A DNA stretch of 64,000 nucleotides from a bacterium (GCA_030429765.1 JAUIER010000003.1:80402-144401), one strand, 5' to 3'; shown: positions 31,752 through 42,061, numbered from the stretch's first letter. Notes: generated from the letters alone by a model not told the origin. Translations and numbers: made by a program.

Positions 31752-32557
31752 GCTATAAACTAAGACTTGAGGTATTCGAAGGTCCGCTTGATCTTTTGCT
31801 TTATTTGATCAAGAAGAATGATATCGATATCAAGGACATCCCGATTGTGGAGGTCACCGAACAGTATATGGAGTATATCGATATGATGAAGATGCTGGAC
31901 CTGGATATCGTCGGCGATTTTCTGGTCATGGCAGCGACCTTGATCCAGATCAAGTCAAAGATGCTGTTACCGCCTGAGGTCTCCGAAGAGGATGAGGAAG
32001 AAATCGATCCGCGCGATGAGCTGGCCCGTCGACTACTGGAGTACAAAAGATTCAAGGAGATCGCCAATACGCTTGAAGAGCACGAGATTCATCGAAAAGA
32101 TTACTTTCCGCGCATTCTCGACGAGGAATCCCTGGATCAGATCAAGAAAGACTCGAAGGAGGTTATCTTTGAGGCCAATTTGTTTGATTTGATCAATGCC
32201 TTTTCCGAGGCTCTCAAACGTACGCCTGAAGAGATTATTCATGAGATTGTCCAGGAAGAGTTTACTGTCGAGGACAAGATACATTATATCCTGCACGAGC
32301 TGATCAATACGGAAGAGCTTTGCGTGAATCGTTTATTTGAGAAGTGCCGTTCCAAGCCGGAAATAATTGTTTCCTTTATCGCCGTACTTGAATTGATCCG
32401 GCTTAAGGAAATCAAGGTTTCCCAGAAGGATATTTTCGGTGACATCAATATCACCCGCAACAAAGAACCAATTGATCGGGATGCCGTGGCTCCCGAGCCT
32501 GAGCCCCAACCTGAAGCGTCAGTTGAGGGCGATCTCGAAGTCGAAGAGCAACTTTAA
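31748..32557 (+). CDS. scpA: Segregation and condensation protein A
   Basis: ...FEGPLDLLLYLIKKNDIDIKDIPIVEVTEQY...; C-terminal acidic tail. Confidence 0.85.
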   Translation: MSYKLRLEVFEGPLDLLLYLIKKNDIDIKDIPIVEVTEQYMEYIDMMKMLDLDIVGDFLVMAATLIQIKSKMLLPPEVSEEDEEEIDPRDELARRLLEYKRFKEIANTLEEHEIHRKDYFPRILDEESLDQIKKDSKEVIFEANLFDLINAFSEALKRTPEEIIHEIVQEEFTVEDKIHYILHELINTEELCVNRLFEKCRSKPEIIVSFIAVLELIRLKEIKVSQKDIFGDINITRNKEPIDRDAVAPEPEPQPEASVEGDLEVEEQL

Positions 32558-32565
32558 AATATGTT

Positions 32566-33597
32566 ATGGACGAACATCGTAAAATCATTTTCAGCCAGGA
32601 AACCGAAGACGATGAAGTCTACAGTTTGTCACTGCGTCCCGCCTTACTTGATGACTTTGTAGGTCAGCAAGATCTCGTCGAGAATCTTAAAATATCTATA
32701 CAGGCCGCTAAACTGCGCGGCGAACCGCTGGAGCATTTATTGTTTTCCGGACCGCCGGGGCTGGGGAAGACCAGTCTGGCGAATATCGTCGCGAATGAAA
32801 TGGGATCGCGTATCACCGTTACATCGGGACCGGCGATTGACCGGGCGGGAGATTTGATCGGGATTCTGACGGGTTTGGAAAAGGGGGATATCTTATTTAT
32901 TGACGAGATCCATCGATTATCCAAGGTGGTGGAGGAATTTTTATACCCGGCGATGGAAAATTTCAAGATCGATTTTATTGTCGATAAAGGTCCGTACGCC
33001 AAGACCATAAATTTTAACCTCAAGCCGTTCACATTGATCGGGGCGACGACCCGTAGCGGATTGTTGGCCTCACCGCTAAGAGACCGCTTCGGGATCTTTC
33101 ATCACCTGGAGTTCTATAACACTGAAGAGTTGGGACGCATCGTGTCGCGTTCCGCCGAGAAACTGGGGATGGAGTTGACCGACGATGCATCGATTGAATT
33201 GGCGCAGCGCTCGCGCGGGACACCACGAATCGCTAATCGATTGCTGCGGCGGGTGCGGGATTATGCGCAGGTCAAAAGCAACAGCAGCTGTGCGACGCGT
33301 GAAACGGTTCATGAGTCCATGCGCACCCTGGGGATTGATCCCCGAGGACTGGATGACGCCGACCGCCGGCTGCTCAAGGTCATCAAAGAACATTACAAGG
33401 GCGGCCCCGTCGGTATTGAAACGTTGGCCGCGACCTTAAACGAAGAGGTGGATACGCTTGTCGATGTCATCGAGCCGTATCTGCTGAAGATTGGTTTTCT
33501 AAACCGAACTCCGCGTGGGCGAGAGCTCACCAGTTCTTCCCGCCAGCATATCGAGCAATCGAACCGTCCGGAACAATCTTTCAACGACATAGATTAG
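32566..33597 (+). CDS. ruvB: Holliday junction branch-migration ATPase RuvB
   Basis: ...LLFSGPPGLGKTSLANIVANEMG...FIDEIHRL... Confidence 0.92.
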   Translation: MDEHRKIIFSQETEDDEVYSLSLRPALLDDFVGQQDLVENLKISIQAAKLRGEPLEHLLFSGPPGLGKTSLANIVANEMGSRITVTSGPAIDRAGDLIGILTGLEKGDILFIDEIHRLSKVVEEFLYPAMENFKIDFIVDKGPYAKTINFNLKPFTLIGATTRSGLLASPLRDRFGIFHHLEFYNTEELGRIVSRSAEKLGMELTDDASIELAQRSRGTPRIANRLLRRVRDYAQVKSNSSCATRETVHESMRTLGIDPRGLDDADRRLLKVIKEHYKGGPVGIETLAATLNEEVDTLVDVIEPYLLKIGFLNRTPRGRELTSSSRQHIEQSNRPEQSFNDID

Positions 33598-33609
33598 GAG
33601 AACGGGCTG

Positions 33610-33816
33610 ATGGCGCGAACATTGATCATCATCGGAATCGTGTTTATTGCTTTGGGGATTGTTGTGTCGATGCTGGGCCGTTTACCGGGACTCCCCAGGC
33701 TGCCGGGTGATATTTACATCAAGAAAGAGAACACGACCATTTATGTGCCGATCGTCAGCTGTCTGGTTTTGAGCTTAATCATTAATTTTATTCTGTATCT
33801 GATAAATTCAAAATGA
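33610..33816 (+). CDS. Small two-TM membrane protein (DUF2905-like)
   Basis: MARTLIIIGIVFIALGIVVSMLGRLPGLPRLPGDIYIKKENTTIYVPIVSCLVLSLIINFILYL. Confidence 0.6.
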   Translation: MARTLIIIGIVFIALGIVVSMLGRLPGLPRLPGDIYIKKENTTIYVPIVSCLVLSLIINFILYLINSK

Positions 33817-34952
33817 AAAAAATATTGCTGATCATCCTAAGTTTATTATTGATTCCCTCGACGGGCATGGCGCGGGATGCGTTGATCCGGGTGGCCGTGC
33901 TTAAGGACGCGGAAACATTCGTTATATCAGTCCGAGGGGCGTATGAAATTATCGATTTAAATGACGGAGAGATTATTCAGACGGGACGACGGCTCAAACG
34001 TTCACAAGTTAAAAGGCATACCTCCGGATTGACGATTGGTAAGCAATTATTCATGACCGGGAAGTTGCGCATCATCACTCAGAAGGATATCACGATCTAT
34101 TCTAAACGAAAGCGCAAACAGTATCGCGGCGCGTTGGACATCCGGGTCCAGCCCGACGGTAAGCTGCTGGCGATCAATCGGCTGGATGTGGAATCATACG
34201 TCCGCGGTGTTTTGTATCATGAAATTTCGGATCGTTGGCCGATGGAGGCCACCAAGGCGCAGGCGGTGGCTACCCGAACATATGCCTTATACAAGATGGA
34301 AGAGAGCCGTGGTAAATTATTTGATGTCACGAGCGATATCTATTCTCAGGTGTATGGCGGAAAAAGTGCTGAACGTTTTCGCACGGACATCGCCGCCAAT
34401 TACACGGAAGGTGAGGTGATGATCTATCAAGGCAAGATCATTCCGGCGTTTTTTCATTCGAACAGCGGAGGTCATACCGAGGACGCGAATCAGGTGTGGG
34501 GGATCAATTCGCCGCCGCTGCGGGGGGTGGAGTCTCCCTTCAGCCGAGGGATGCCGCATTATACCTGGACGCGCAACTATCAATCTCGCGAGATCCAACA
34601 AAAGCTCAATGATGGCGGGATCAGCGTCGGGATGATTAAAGACATTAAAGTCGCCGAACGCACAGCCAGCGGTCGGGTCCGCGACCTGATCATCGAAGCC
34701 CGTGACGGTAAAAAAACGCGTATATCCGGTAAAAAGTTCAGAGATGTCGTCGGTCCGAACCTGATTAAGAGTAATATGTATGAAGTGCGGATGAAGGGGT
34801 ATTATTTTGACCTGGTCGGCCGCGGATGGGGCCACGGTGTCGGAATGTGTCAGTGGGGCGCACACAGCATGGCCCGCAAAAGGTACAATTATGAAGAGAT
34901 TCTCAATTATTATTATCCCGGCATGGAGATTGTCCGGGCGGATACTCGATAG
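33813..34952 (+). CDS. SpoIID/LytB-domain protein (amidase-enhancer-like)
   Basis: Signal peptide; ...RGWGHGVGMCQWGA... Confidence 0.75.
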   Translation: MKKILLIILSLLLIPSTGMARDALIRVAVLKDAETFVISVRGAYEIIDLNDGEIIQTGRRLKRSQVKRHTSGLTIGKQLFMTGKLRIITQKDITIYSKRKRKQYRGALDIRVQPDGKLLAINRLDVESYVRGVLYHEISDRWPMEATKAQAVATRTYALYKMEESRGKLFDVTSDIYSQVYGGKSAERFRTDIAANYTEGEVMIYQGKIIPAFFHSNSGGHTEDANQVWGINSPPLRGVESPFSRGMPHYTWTRNYQSREIQQKLNDGGISVGMIKDIKVAERTASGRVRDLIIEARDGKKTRISGKKFRDVVGPNLIKSNMYEVRMKGYYFDLVGRGWGHGVGMCQWGAHSMARKRYNYEEILNYYYPGMEIVRADTR

Positions 34953-34957
34953 GTGAT

Positions 34958-35971
34958 ATGCGATTAAGTGATTTTCAATATGATTTGCCGGACGATTTGA
35001 TCGCGCAGTATCCACTGGAGCGACGGGAAGACGCGCGGCTGATGGTGTTGGACCGTGAACGTCAGACGATCACGCATGATGTCTTCCAGAATTTTGCGCA
35101 GCACATTCCCAAAGACGCTATGCTGGTCATGAATAACAGCCGGGTTGTCCACGCACGACTGAAAGGGCAACGGGCCGGCAGCGGCGGACAGATTGAAGTT
35201 TTTTTACTCAAGCGTGTGATTGACGATTATCATTACGAAGTATTGATGAAACCGATGAAGCGTTTAAAGAACGGTGACCGTATCGAATTTGCCGGCGATG
35301 CCAAGATTTTCGCTGAGATCATCGACCGTGAAGAGCGAATTGTGCGGTTTAACCGGAAGAACCTGGACCGATTTCTCAAGGATCACGGTCATATTCCGCT
35401 GCCGCCGTATATCAAACGTGCGGACGAAGCGATTGACCGCACCCATTATCAAACCGTTTACGCCAAACAGGCTGGTTCTGTCGCGGCGCCGACGGCGGGA
35501 TTGCATTTTAGTAAAGCGGGATTGGAGCTTTTAAAAAAGAAGGGGCACGAGCTTAAGGAAGTGACGCTGCACATTAATTACGGAACATTCAAACCCGTTG
35601 AGGTCAATGACATCCGCCAGCATCAGATGCACACGGAAAGTTATTGCATTGAGCCGAATGTGTATGAAGATATTGTCGAGCAGCGTCAGGGAAACGGGCG
35701 GATCCTCGCCGTGGGGACGACAAGCGCCCGGGTCCTGGAGTCCGTGGCGCGCAGTGAAACGCTGCAAGGCGACACGGATATCTTTATGTATCCCGGATTT
35801 GACTTCAAGCTGGTCGACACATTACTCACAAATTTTCATCTACCCGGCAGTACATTGCTGATGCTGGTCAGCGCGTTCGGCGGGATGGACCTGATCCGTG
35901 ACGCCTATCGAGAGGCGGTGAAGGAACGGTATCGATTTTTCAGTTACGGCGACGCTATGTTAATCAAATAG
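34958..35971 (+). CDS. queA: S-adenosylmethionine:tRNA ribosyltransferase-isomerase
   Basis: MRLSDFQYDLPDDLIAQYPLERREDARLMVLDRE... Confidence 0.9.
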   Translation: MRLSDFQYDLPDDLIAQYPLERREDARLMVLDRERQTITHDVFQNFAQHIPKDAMLVMNNSRVVHARLKGQRAGSGGQIEVFLLKRVIDDYHYEVLMKPMKRLKNGDRIEFAGDAKIFAEIIDREERIVRFNRKNLDRFLKDHGHIPLPPYIKRADEAIDRTHYQTVYAKQAGSVAAPTAGLHFSKAGLELLKKKGHELKEVTLHINYGTFKPVEVNDIRQHQMHTESYCIEPNVYEDIVEQRQGNGRILAVGTTSARVLESVARSETLQGDTDIFMYPGFDFKLVDTLLTNFHLPGSTLLMLVSAFGGMDLIRDAYREAVKERYRFFSYGDAMLIK

Positions 35972-35983
35972 GATTCAAAATTT

Positions 35984-37114
35984 ATGTACAAATTGATCAA
36001 GACCGACAAACACAGTAAAGCGCGTTTGGGAACGATTCAGACGGCGCACGGAGAGATTCAGACACCGTTCTTTATGCCCGTCGGGACCAACGGGACGGTC
36101 AAGTCATTGACATTCAGTGATCTGAATTCGATAGGGGCTCAGTTGATGTTGTCTAACACCTATCATCTTAATCTTCGCCCGGGAATGAAGATTCTCGAGA
36201 AGGCCGGAGGGCTGCACAATTTTTCAGGTTGGCACAAACCGATCCTCACCGATAGCGGCGGATATCAGGTGTTCAGCCTGGCCAAGCTGCGCAAGATGAG
36301 TGACGACGGCGTGGAGTTCCGTTCGCATCTCGACGGATCCAAACATTATCTGACACCCGAAAGTGTGATGGAAATCGAAAAGACGATTGGTTCAGACATG
36401 GTGATGCCGCTCGATGAATGCGCGCCGTATCCGTGTTCGTATGAGGATGCCGAAAAGTCGGTGGAGCGGACCACGGCCTGGGCCCGTCGAAGTAAAGATC
36501 ATTTTTATGACACTAAAATGACTGAGAATCAAAAGCTCTTCGGGATTATTCAAGGGTCAATTTACGAAGATCTGCGCGAACGATCCGCGAAGGAGTTATT
36601 GGAGATCGGTTTTGACGGATATGCGATAGGCGGGGTCAGCGTGGGGGAGACGGTGAAGGAAATGTTTGATGCGTTACGATGGGTGGAACCATTGCTGCCG
36701 TCGGACAAACCGCGTTATTTTATGGGTATCGGTTATCCCGATCAGATTGTGAAAGCCGTGGGTGAAGGTATCGATATGTTTGATTGCGTGTTGCCGACGC
36801 GTTTCGGCCGGCATGCCACGGCGTTCACTCGGCGGGGACGAGTTGTCGTCAAGAATGCTCAATACGCGGAAGATTTTTCACCTTTGGATCCCGATCGGGA
36901 TATCCCGTTTTGTCAGGAATATTCCAAGGCGTATCTCCGGCATTTGGCGATGCAGGGCGAGATTACGGCGCTGCACGTGATATCGTATGCGAATGTTCAT
37001 TTTTATGTTAATCTAATGCATCAGATGCGCGAGGCGATTAAAGAGGATCGTTTTGTGGAGTTTGAACGGGAGTTCCTGGAAGAATTTAATTCGGAGTTAA
37101 GGCATGCGATTTGA
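35984..37114 (+). CDS. tgt: Queuine tRNA-ribosyltransferase
   Basis: ...FFMPVGTNGTVK...TDSGGYQVFSL...; adjacent to queA. Confidence 0.9.
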   Translation: MYKLIKTDKHSKARLGTIQTAHGEIQTPFFMPVGTNGTVKSLTFSDLNSIGAQLMLSNTYHLNLRPGMKILEKAGGLHNFSGWHKPILTDSGGYQVFSLAKLRKMSDDGVEFRSHLDGSKHYLTPESVMEIEKTIGSDMVMPLDECAPYPCSYEDAEKSVERTTAWARRSKDHFYDTKMTENQKLFGIIQGSIYEDLRERSAKELLEIGFDGYAIGGVSVGETVKEMFDALRWVEPLLPSDKPRYFMGIGYPDQIVKAVGEGIDMFDCVLPTRFGRHATAFTRRGRVVVKNAQYAEDFSPLDPDRDIPFCQEYSKAYLRHLAMQGEITALHVISYANVHFYVNLMHQMREAIKEDRFVEFEREFLEEFNSELRHAI

Positions 37115-37784
37115 TGTGATAACGATTTTTCCCAATGTGATTGAACCGATGGTCAACGAGTCTATTCTCAAACGGGCCCAGGACAAAAAGTTGGTCAAGA
37201 TTCAGGCGCACGACCTGCGGGATTACACGGAGGACAAGCATCGCAAGGTGGATGACCGTCCGTTCGGGGGAGGGCCGGGCATGGTGATGTGCTGTCAGCC
37301 GATTTTCGACGCGGTCAAGAAGATCCGGGGGCGTCGCAAGGCCCATGTGGTCATGACCTGTCCGCGCGGCAAGACTTTGACGCAAAAGCGGGCAAAGCGG
37401 TTGACAAAGCATAAAAATATTATTATTATATGCGGTCATTACGAGGGAATCGATGAGCGGATCTATGACGAGCTGGTCGATGAGAGCGTTTCCATTGGTG
37501 ACTATGTCCTGACCGGAGGCGAGATTCCGGCTTTGGTCATTATGGATGCCGTAACTCGTTTAATACCAGGCGTTTTGGGGAAGGAAGAGTCCCTGGATTC
37601 AGAGTCGTTTGACCAGAATCGGCTCGATTTTCCACAATATACCCGCCCGGCAGATTTTCGTGGTAAAAAAGTACCGGATGTGCTATTATCTGGGCATCAT
37701 AAAGAGGTTGAACAGTGGCGAAAAGCTCAGGCATTGGCCCTAACGAAGAAGCATCGTCCTGATTTATTGAAAGATTCAAAATAG
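37104..37784 (+). CDS. trmD: tRNA (guanine37-N1)-methyltransferase
   Basis: MRFDVITIFPNVIEPMVNESILKRA...GGGPGMVM... Confidence 0.9.
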   Translation: MRFDVITIFPNVIEPMVNESILKRAQDKKLVKIQAHDLRDYTEDKHRKVDDRPFGGGPGMVMCCQPIFDAVKKIRGRRKAHVVMTCPRGKTLTQKRAKRLTKHKNIIIICGHYEGIDERIYDELVDESVSIGDYVLTGGEIPALVIMDAVTRLIPGVLGKEESLDSESFDQNRLDFPQYTRPADFRGKKVPDVLLSGHHKEVEQWRKAQALALTKKHRPDLLKDSK

Positions 37785-37805
37785 AATGGTATTGGAGGAA
37801 GGCAA

Positions 37806-38168
37806 ATGGCCACTAACATTGGAGCAACATTAAGCAATATCGAAGCAAAATATCTCAAGCAGGATATGCCTGACTTTGATGTTGGTGATACGGTAAAAAT
37901 GCGTATCAAAGTACAAGAGGCGGACAAGGTTCGCGTCCACCCGTTTGAAGGAACGATTATCCGGAAAACCGGTCGCGGATTGAACGGAACATTTACGGTC
38001 CGTAAAATTTCTTATGGTGAAGGCGTTGAAAAGATGTTTCCACTGCATTCACCGGTGATTGAAAATCTTTCGGTCACGAGTAAAGGGATCGTCAAGCGGG
38101 CGAAACTTTACTATCTTCGAGATCGCGTTGGTAAAAAAGCGCGTGTTAAGCGGCAACAAACTCAGTAA
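37806..38168 (+). CDS. rplS: 50S ribosomal protein L19
   Basis: ...PDFDVGDTVKMRIKVQEADKVRVHPFEGTIIRK... Confidence 0.92.
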   Translation: MATNIGATLSNIEAKYLKQDMPDFDVGDTVKMRIKVQEADKVRVHPFEGTIIRKTGRGLNGTFTVRKISYGEGVEKMFPLHSPVIENLSVTSKGIVKRAKLYYLRDRVGKKARVKRQQTQ

Positions 38169-38201
38169 GTCGCTGATTTTCTCACACTGATCATATTTCA
38201 G

Positions 38202-38235
38202 CATCAAGGGTTTCCCGTCCGGGAGATCCTTGATG
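38202..38235 (+). promoter_or_regulatory. Long imperfect stem-loop between rplS and rnhB (terminator/attenuator-like, no U-tract)
   Basis: CATCAAGGGTTTCCCG-tc-CGGGAGATCCTTGATG has an 8-bp perfect outer stem and a 5-bp inner stem. TTGACA (38261-38266) lies downstream. Confidence 0.35.
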
Positions 38236-38278
38236 CGACCATCCAAATCAGCATTTCAATTGACAATTTAATGTCTTC

Positions 38279-38902
38279 ATGATCAATTTCGAACAATCTA
38301 TTTTGAACGAAGGATACCGGTTTATCGTCGGCGTGGACGAAGCCGGCCGAGGTCCTTTAGCCGGGCCCGTCGTGGCGGCGGCTGTTGCGGTCAAAGACTA
38401 TGACTTTTCGTCGAGGATTGCTGATTCAAAAAAGATGACACCCCGTCAGCGTCAGCTGGCCTTCGTTGAGATTTATGACAAGGCGTACGTCGGTGTCGGG
38501 ATCATCAATGAAGTGGTGATCGATCGGGACAATATCCTCGAGGCGACATACATGGCGATGACCAATGCCATTCATCAGGTCGTGGCGTCGTTGCCGGAAG
38601 CCATGAATTCGCAGGCGGTCTTGCAGTCGCAGATGTGTTTGCTGATCGACGGCAACCGTTTCAAGAGCGATCTGCCATACCCGTATCGGACGGTGATCAA
38701 AGGCGACAGCAAAGCCTTCAGTATCGCCTGCGCCTCGATTGTGGCCAAGGTGATTCGCGACCGCATCTTATTGACATATGACAAGATTTTTCCCGAATAC
38801 GGGTTTAAACAGCATAAAGGATATCCGACGGCCAAACACAAAGAGGCGATCCGGAACCATGGTCCTTCGCTGATCCATCGACAAACTTTCATTCATTTAT
38901 GA
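38279..38902 (+). CDS. rnhB: Ribonuclease HII
   Basis: ...IVGVDEAGRGPLAGPVVAAAV... and ...SIACASIVAK... Confidence 0.9.
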   Translation: MINFEQSILNEGYRFIVGVDEAGRGPLAGPVVAAAVAVKDYDFSSRIADSKKMTPRQRQLAFVEIYDKAYVGVGIINEVVIDRDNILEATYMAMTNAIHQVVASLPEAMNSQAVLQSQMCLLIDGNRFKSDLPYPYRTVIKGDSKAFSIACASIVAKVIRDRILLTYDKIFPEYGFKQHKGYPTAKHKEAIRNHGPSLIHRQTFIHL

Positions 38903-39273
38903 CACAGGACATTGATCAATCTAATCTAGGCGCGGTGGGCGAGCAGCTGGCGGTTGAGCATCTCGAGCGCGAAGGATATCAGATTATCAAGCGCAATTAC
39001 CGACATCCGATCGGTGAGATCGATATCATCGCTTTGCAGGACGGGGTGATCTGTTTTGTCGAGGTAAAGATGCGGGCCAATACCGATCAGGGCCACCCGA
39101 TTGAATCAATCACACCTTTAAAGCAACGGAAGATCAGCCGGACGGCGCTGGCCTATCTGCAGGAGCAAGAGGCGACGGAGCGGCCATGCCGTTTCGACGT
39201 GGTTTCTATCCTGTATGAATGGGGTGATTACCAGATCGAACTATGCACGAATGCCTTTGAAAGCGTCTATTAG
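38899..39273 (+). CDS. yraN: YraN-family endonuclease (UPF0102)
   Basis: ...GEQLAVEHLEREGYQIIKRNYR...GEIDIIA...VCFVEVK... (PD-(D/E)xK fold). Confidence 0.8.
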   Translation: MTQDIDQSNLGAVGEQLAVEHLEREGYQIIKRNYRHPIGEIDIIALQDGVICFVEVKMRANTDQGHPIESITPLKQRKISRTALAYLQEQEATERPCRFDVVSILYEWGDYQIELCTNAFESVY

Positions 39274-39406
39274 CGTGGATCCAAATATTGGATGAAAGGA
39301 TTGAAAACAAAATTTCTTTGGGGTATCATAAACTATACTTTCGGGCGGAAAATCATTTCATAAAACATCATTTCCCAGCTTCATTGTCGAATCATTTTCA
39401 ACAGTC

Positions 39407-39892
39407 ATGGCGAAGCGTTTAAAAAATCACACGTTAGACCAGTATCTTGATGTCTTATCGCAGAAACGGCCAACGCCCGGAGGCGGTTCCGCGGCGGCAT
39501 TGACCGGGGCCTGCGGCGCGGCTCTGCTCTCGATGGTGGCAAATTATTCGTTGGGTAAGTCTGATTCCCAGGCCGTTGAACGGCGGCTGCAGTCGAACCT
39601 GAAAAAATCAGAGGAGATCCGGCAGCGTTTAACTGAATTGGTTGATCTGGACGCCGATGCGTATATGAAGGTGGTCAAGGCTCGTAAGGGCACCAAGGCC
39701 GAACAGCGCGCCGCTCAGCGGGCGGCCGAAAAAGTGCCGCTTGAGGTCGGGCGACTGTGCTACAAAGCGGTGCAGTTAGCACCTTATCTTGTTGAAAAAG
39801 GTAACAAATATCTCATCGCTGACGTTGAAATCGCGGTCGAAATGCTGGCCAGTGCGTACAAGTCAGCCTTAATCCTACAGGACCAATCATAA
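39407..39892 (+). CDS. Cyclodeaminase/cyclohydrolase-family protein (FtcD C-terminal-domain-like; methenyl-THF cyclohydrolase-like)
   Basis: ...PTPGGGSAAALTGACGAALLSMVANYS... is typical of this family. It sits immediately upstream of folD. Confidence 0.7.
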   Translation: MAKRLKNHTLDQYLDVLSQKRPTPGGGSAAALTGACGAALLSMVANYSLGKSDSQAVERRLQSNLKKSEEIRQRLTELVDLDADAYMKVVKARKGTKAEQRAAQRAAEKVPLEVGRLCYKAVQLAPYLVEKGNKYLIADVEIAVEMLASAYKSALILQDQS

Positions 39893-39894
39893 AG

Positions 39895-40761
39895 ATGAAA
39901 ACTATGGCAAAACTTCTGGATGGAAAACAACTGGCGCAGGCGATCAAAGATGATCTAACGCAGCAAGTGGCCGAGATGAAATCCCGGCTCAACAAGGTGC
40001 CGCGGCTGGTCAATGTGATGATCGGTCATGACAGCGGCTCATGCGCGTATGCCAACTCTCAAAAACGCGTCGCCGAGCAGATCGGCATTGAGTACGAACT
40101 AAAGAATTTTCCTGAGACCATTTCGCAGCAGGATTTCCGCCAGGCAATTATTGATCTCAACAAAGATCCCGACGTCAACGGCATTATGTTACACAAGCCG
40201 GTGCCAAAGCATATTGACTATCATACAGTCGCAAATTTGGTGGGCATCGAAAAGGATCTGGAAGGGATTAATGTCGCCAACATTGGAAAGATGCTGCTAG
40301 GTGAGACCAATATTATTCCATGCACGCCGCAGGCCGTCATGGAACACATCCGTTCGACAGGAGTGTCGATCCGCGGGAAAGAGGCCGTGATTGTCGGCGC
40401 CAGCGGTATCGTCGGCAAGCCGTTGAGTATTCTGCTTGTGGAACAGCTGGCCACCGTGACTGTATGTCATATTGCCACCAGCGAGGCCGGCCGTTTGCAG
40501 GAACATGTCGGACGTGCGGATATTTTGATTGTGGCGGTAGGCAAGGCGCGATTGATTCCGGGCAGCTGGATCAAACCCGGCGCGATTGTCATCGATGTCG
40601 GTATCAACCGGGTGGACGGAAAGATCGTTGGGGATGTGGATTTTGACAGTGCCCAGGAACAGGCGTCGTTTATCACACCGGTTCCCGGTGGAGTCGGGCC
40701 GGTGACCGTTGTCATGCTGATGAAAAATGGGGTTGAGGCGTTCAAGTTACAAAACTCATAG
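39895..40761 (+). CDS. folD: Bifunctional methylene-THF dehydrogenase / methenyl-THF cyclohydrolase
   Basis: ...AKLLDGKQLAQAIKDDL...GIMLHKPVPKHID...VIVGASGIVGKPL...PVPGGVGPVT... Confidence 0.92.
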   Translation: MKTMAKLLDGKQLAQAIKDDLTQQVAEMKSRLNKVPRLVNVMIGHDSGSCAYANSQKRVAEQIGIEYELKNFPETISQQDFRQAIIDLNKDPDVNGIMLHKPVPKHIDYHTVANLVGIEKDLEGINVANIGKMLLGETNIIPCTPQAVMEHIRSTGVSIRGKEAVIVGASGIVGKPLSILLVEQLATVTVCHIATSEAGRLQEHVGRADILIVAVGKARLIPGSWIKPGAIVIDVGINRVDGKIVGDVDFDSAQEQASFITPVPGGVGPVTVVMLMKNGVEAFKLQNS

Positions 40762-40783
40762 ATGATCAGGGGATATAAGCTTC

Positions 40784-42061
40784 ATGAAGAAATTATTTGT
40801 GTTGGGTAACTCTATTGCAGCCGTCAAGGCGGTGGAATTGATACAATCAAACAGCAATGACTACGCGGTCACGTTGTTGCCGGTCGACGATCATCTGCCT
40901 TTAGACCGCCAATTATTTCCGGACCAGATTGCCAATCAGACGCGCGTGACAGATTTGCTCTATCGTCCTGCCGCGTACTATAAAGAAAAAAATATCAAGA
41001 TCCTCGCCGACAAGAAAGTCACACGGGTGAACGTCACCCGTAATCGTGTCCACTTTGAAGACCGCTCGCAAACAGATTTTGACGCGCTGATCATTGCCGA
41101 TACACCTGAACATCGGTCGAGTGACATAAAGGGCGCGCAGAAGACCGGGGTCTTCGGGTTTAAAAAGATTAAGGACATCGAACAGATCTCGACCCTGGCG
41201 GCAATCAGTGAGACTGTGATTATCCAGTCCGATCAGTGGTGGGGGCTGGGTCTGGCGTTGCGCTTGGCGCGTAAAGGCAAAGAGATTATTCTATGCATGT
41301 CGTCGAGAACAGCCTTGCTTCACGGCTGGGATGAGGACGCCTCCGGTGCCGTGGTGAAGTTGCTGGAAGAGCAAGGAGTCAAACTGTTGATCGATAATCC
41401 CGTCACCGAGTTTCTGGGTGACGCTGAGCTCAAGGCTGTCCGCGTGTCGACGGGAAAAGTTTACGCCACCGGCATGGCGATTGTGGATGATACACGGCTT
41501 GATACGCGGGTCTTTAATGACGCGCTGGAGATCCTGGAAGATCAGTGTATCGTGAATGAGTTTTTTCAAAGCAACATCGAGCATGTGTTTGTCGTGGATC
41601 ATGCCGCGCAGCGCAGTTACGAAAATTGGGAGAGTTACGGGCCGTCGGCGGCGACGCTGGAGCGGCAAGGTGAAATCGTTGCGTCCCGGATCCTGGGTCA
41701 GGACATTGAGCCGACTCATGTCACGCCGCGTTATACGATCGAACAAGATCAGTTTAAGTTTATGAGTGCCGGTCAAACCCGGGAGAGCCGGGGGGTCGAG
41801 GTTATCAAGAAATTCGATGTACCGACCGGTATGATGGTTAAGTTGTATGAAAAGCAGGGGCGTGTCATTGGTCTGAGCGTGTTGAATTTTGATGTCGCGC
41901 TGTCCGAGGCCATTGGATGGATCGAGCAATCAGCCGAAATAGGCGCCGTGGCCGGGCAAGTGCTGGCCGCCTTTGATGAGCAGCGCGACCATCGTTTGCG
42001 GATGATCGAGACGGCCGAAACCGAAGCCGCCGAAACCGCTGTCAGCGACGCACAGACTTAG
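40784..42061 (+). CDS. Pyridine-nucleotide-disulfide-oxidoreductase-like protein with degenerate dinucleotide-binding motifs
   Basis: Two-Rossmann topology like the FAD/NAD(P) oxidoreductase family, but the glycine-rich loops are replaced (VLGNSIAAV... and ...SDQWWGLGLA...). Confidence 0.45.
   Translation: MKKLFVLGNSIAAVKAVELIQSNSNDYAVTLLPVDDHLPLDRQLFPDQIANQTRVTDLLYRPAAYYKEKNIKILADKKVTRVNVTRNRVHFEDRSQTDFDALIIADTPEHRSSDIKGAQKTGVFGFKKIKDIEQISTLAAISETVIIQSDQWWGLGLALRLARKGKEIILCMSSRTALLHGWDEDASGAVVKLLEEQGVKLLIDNPVTEFLGDAELKAVRVSTGKVYATGMAIVDDTRLDTRVFNDALEILEDQCIVNEFFQSNIEHVFVVDHAAQRSYENWESYGPSAATLERQGEIVASRILGQDIEPTHVTPRYTIEQDQFKFMSAGQTRESRGVEVIKKFDVPTGMMVKLYEKQGRVIGLSVLNFDVALSEAIGWIEQSAEIGAVAGQVLAAFDEQRDHRLRMIETAETEAAETAVSDAQT

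Noticed and set aside
38261-38266. TTGACA hexamer 13 nt upstream of the rnhB ATG as a promoter
   Set aside because: No acceptable -10 lies at 16-18 nt. A transcript would start inside the coding region unless rnhB starts further downstream.
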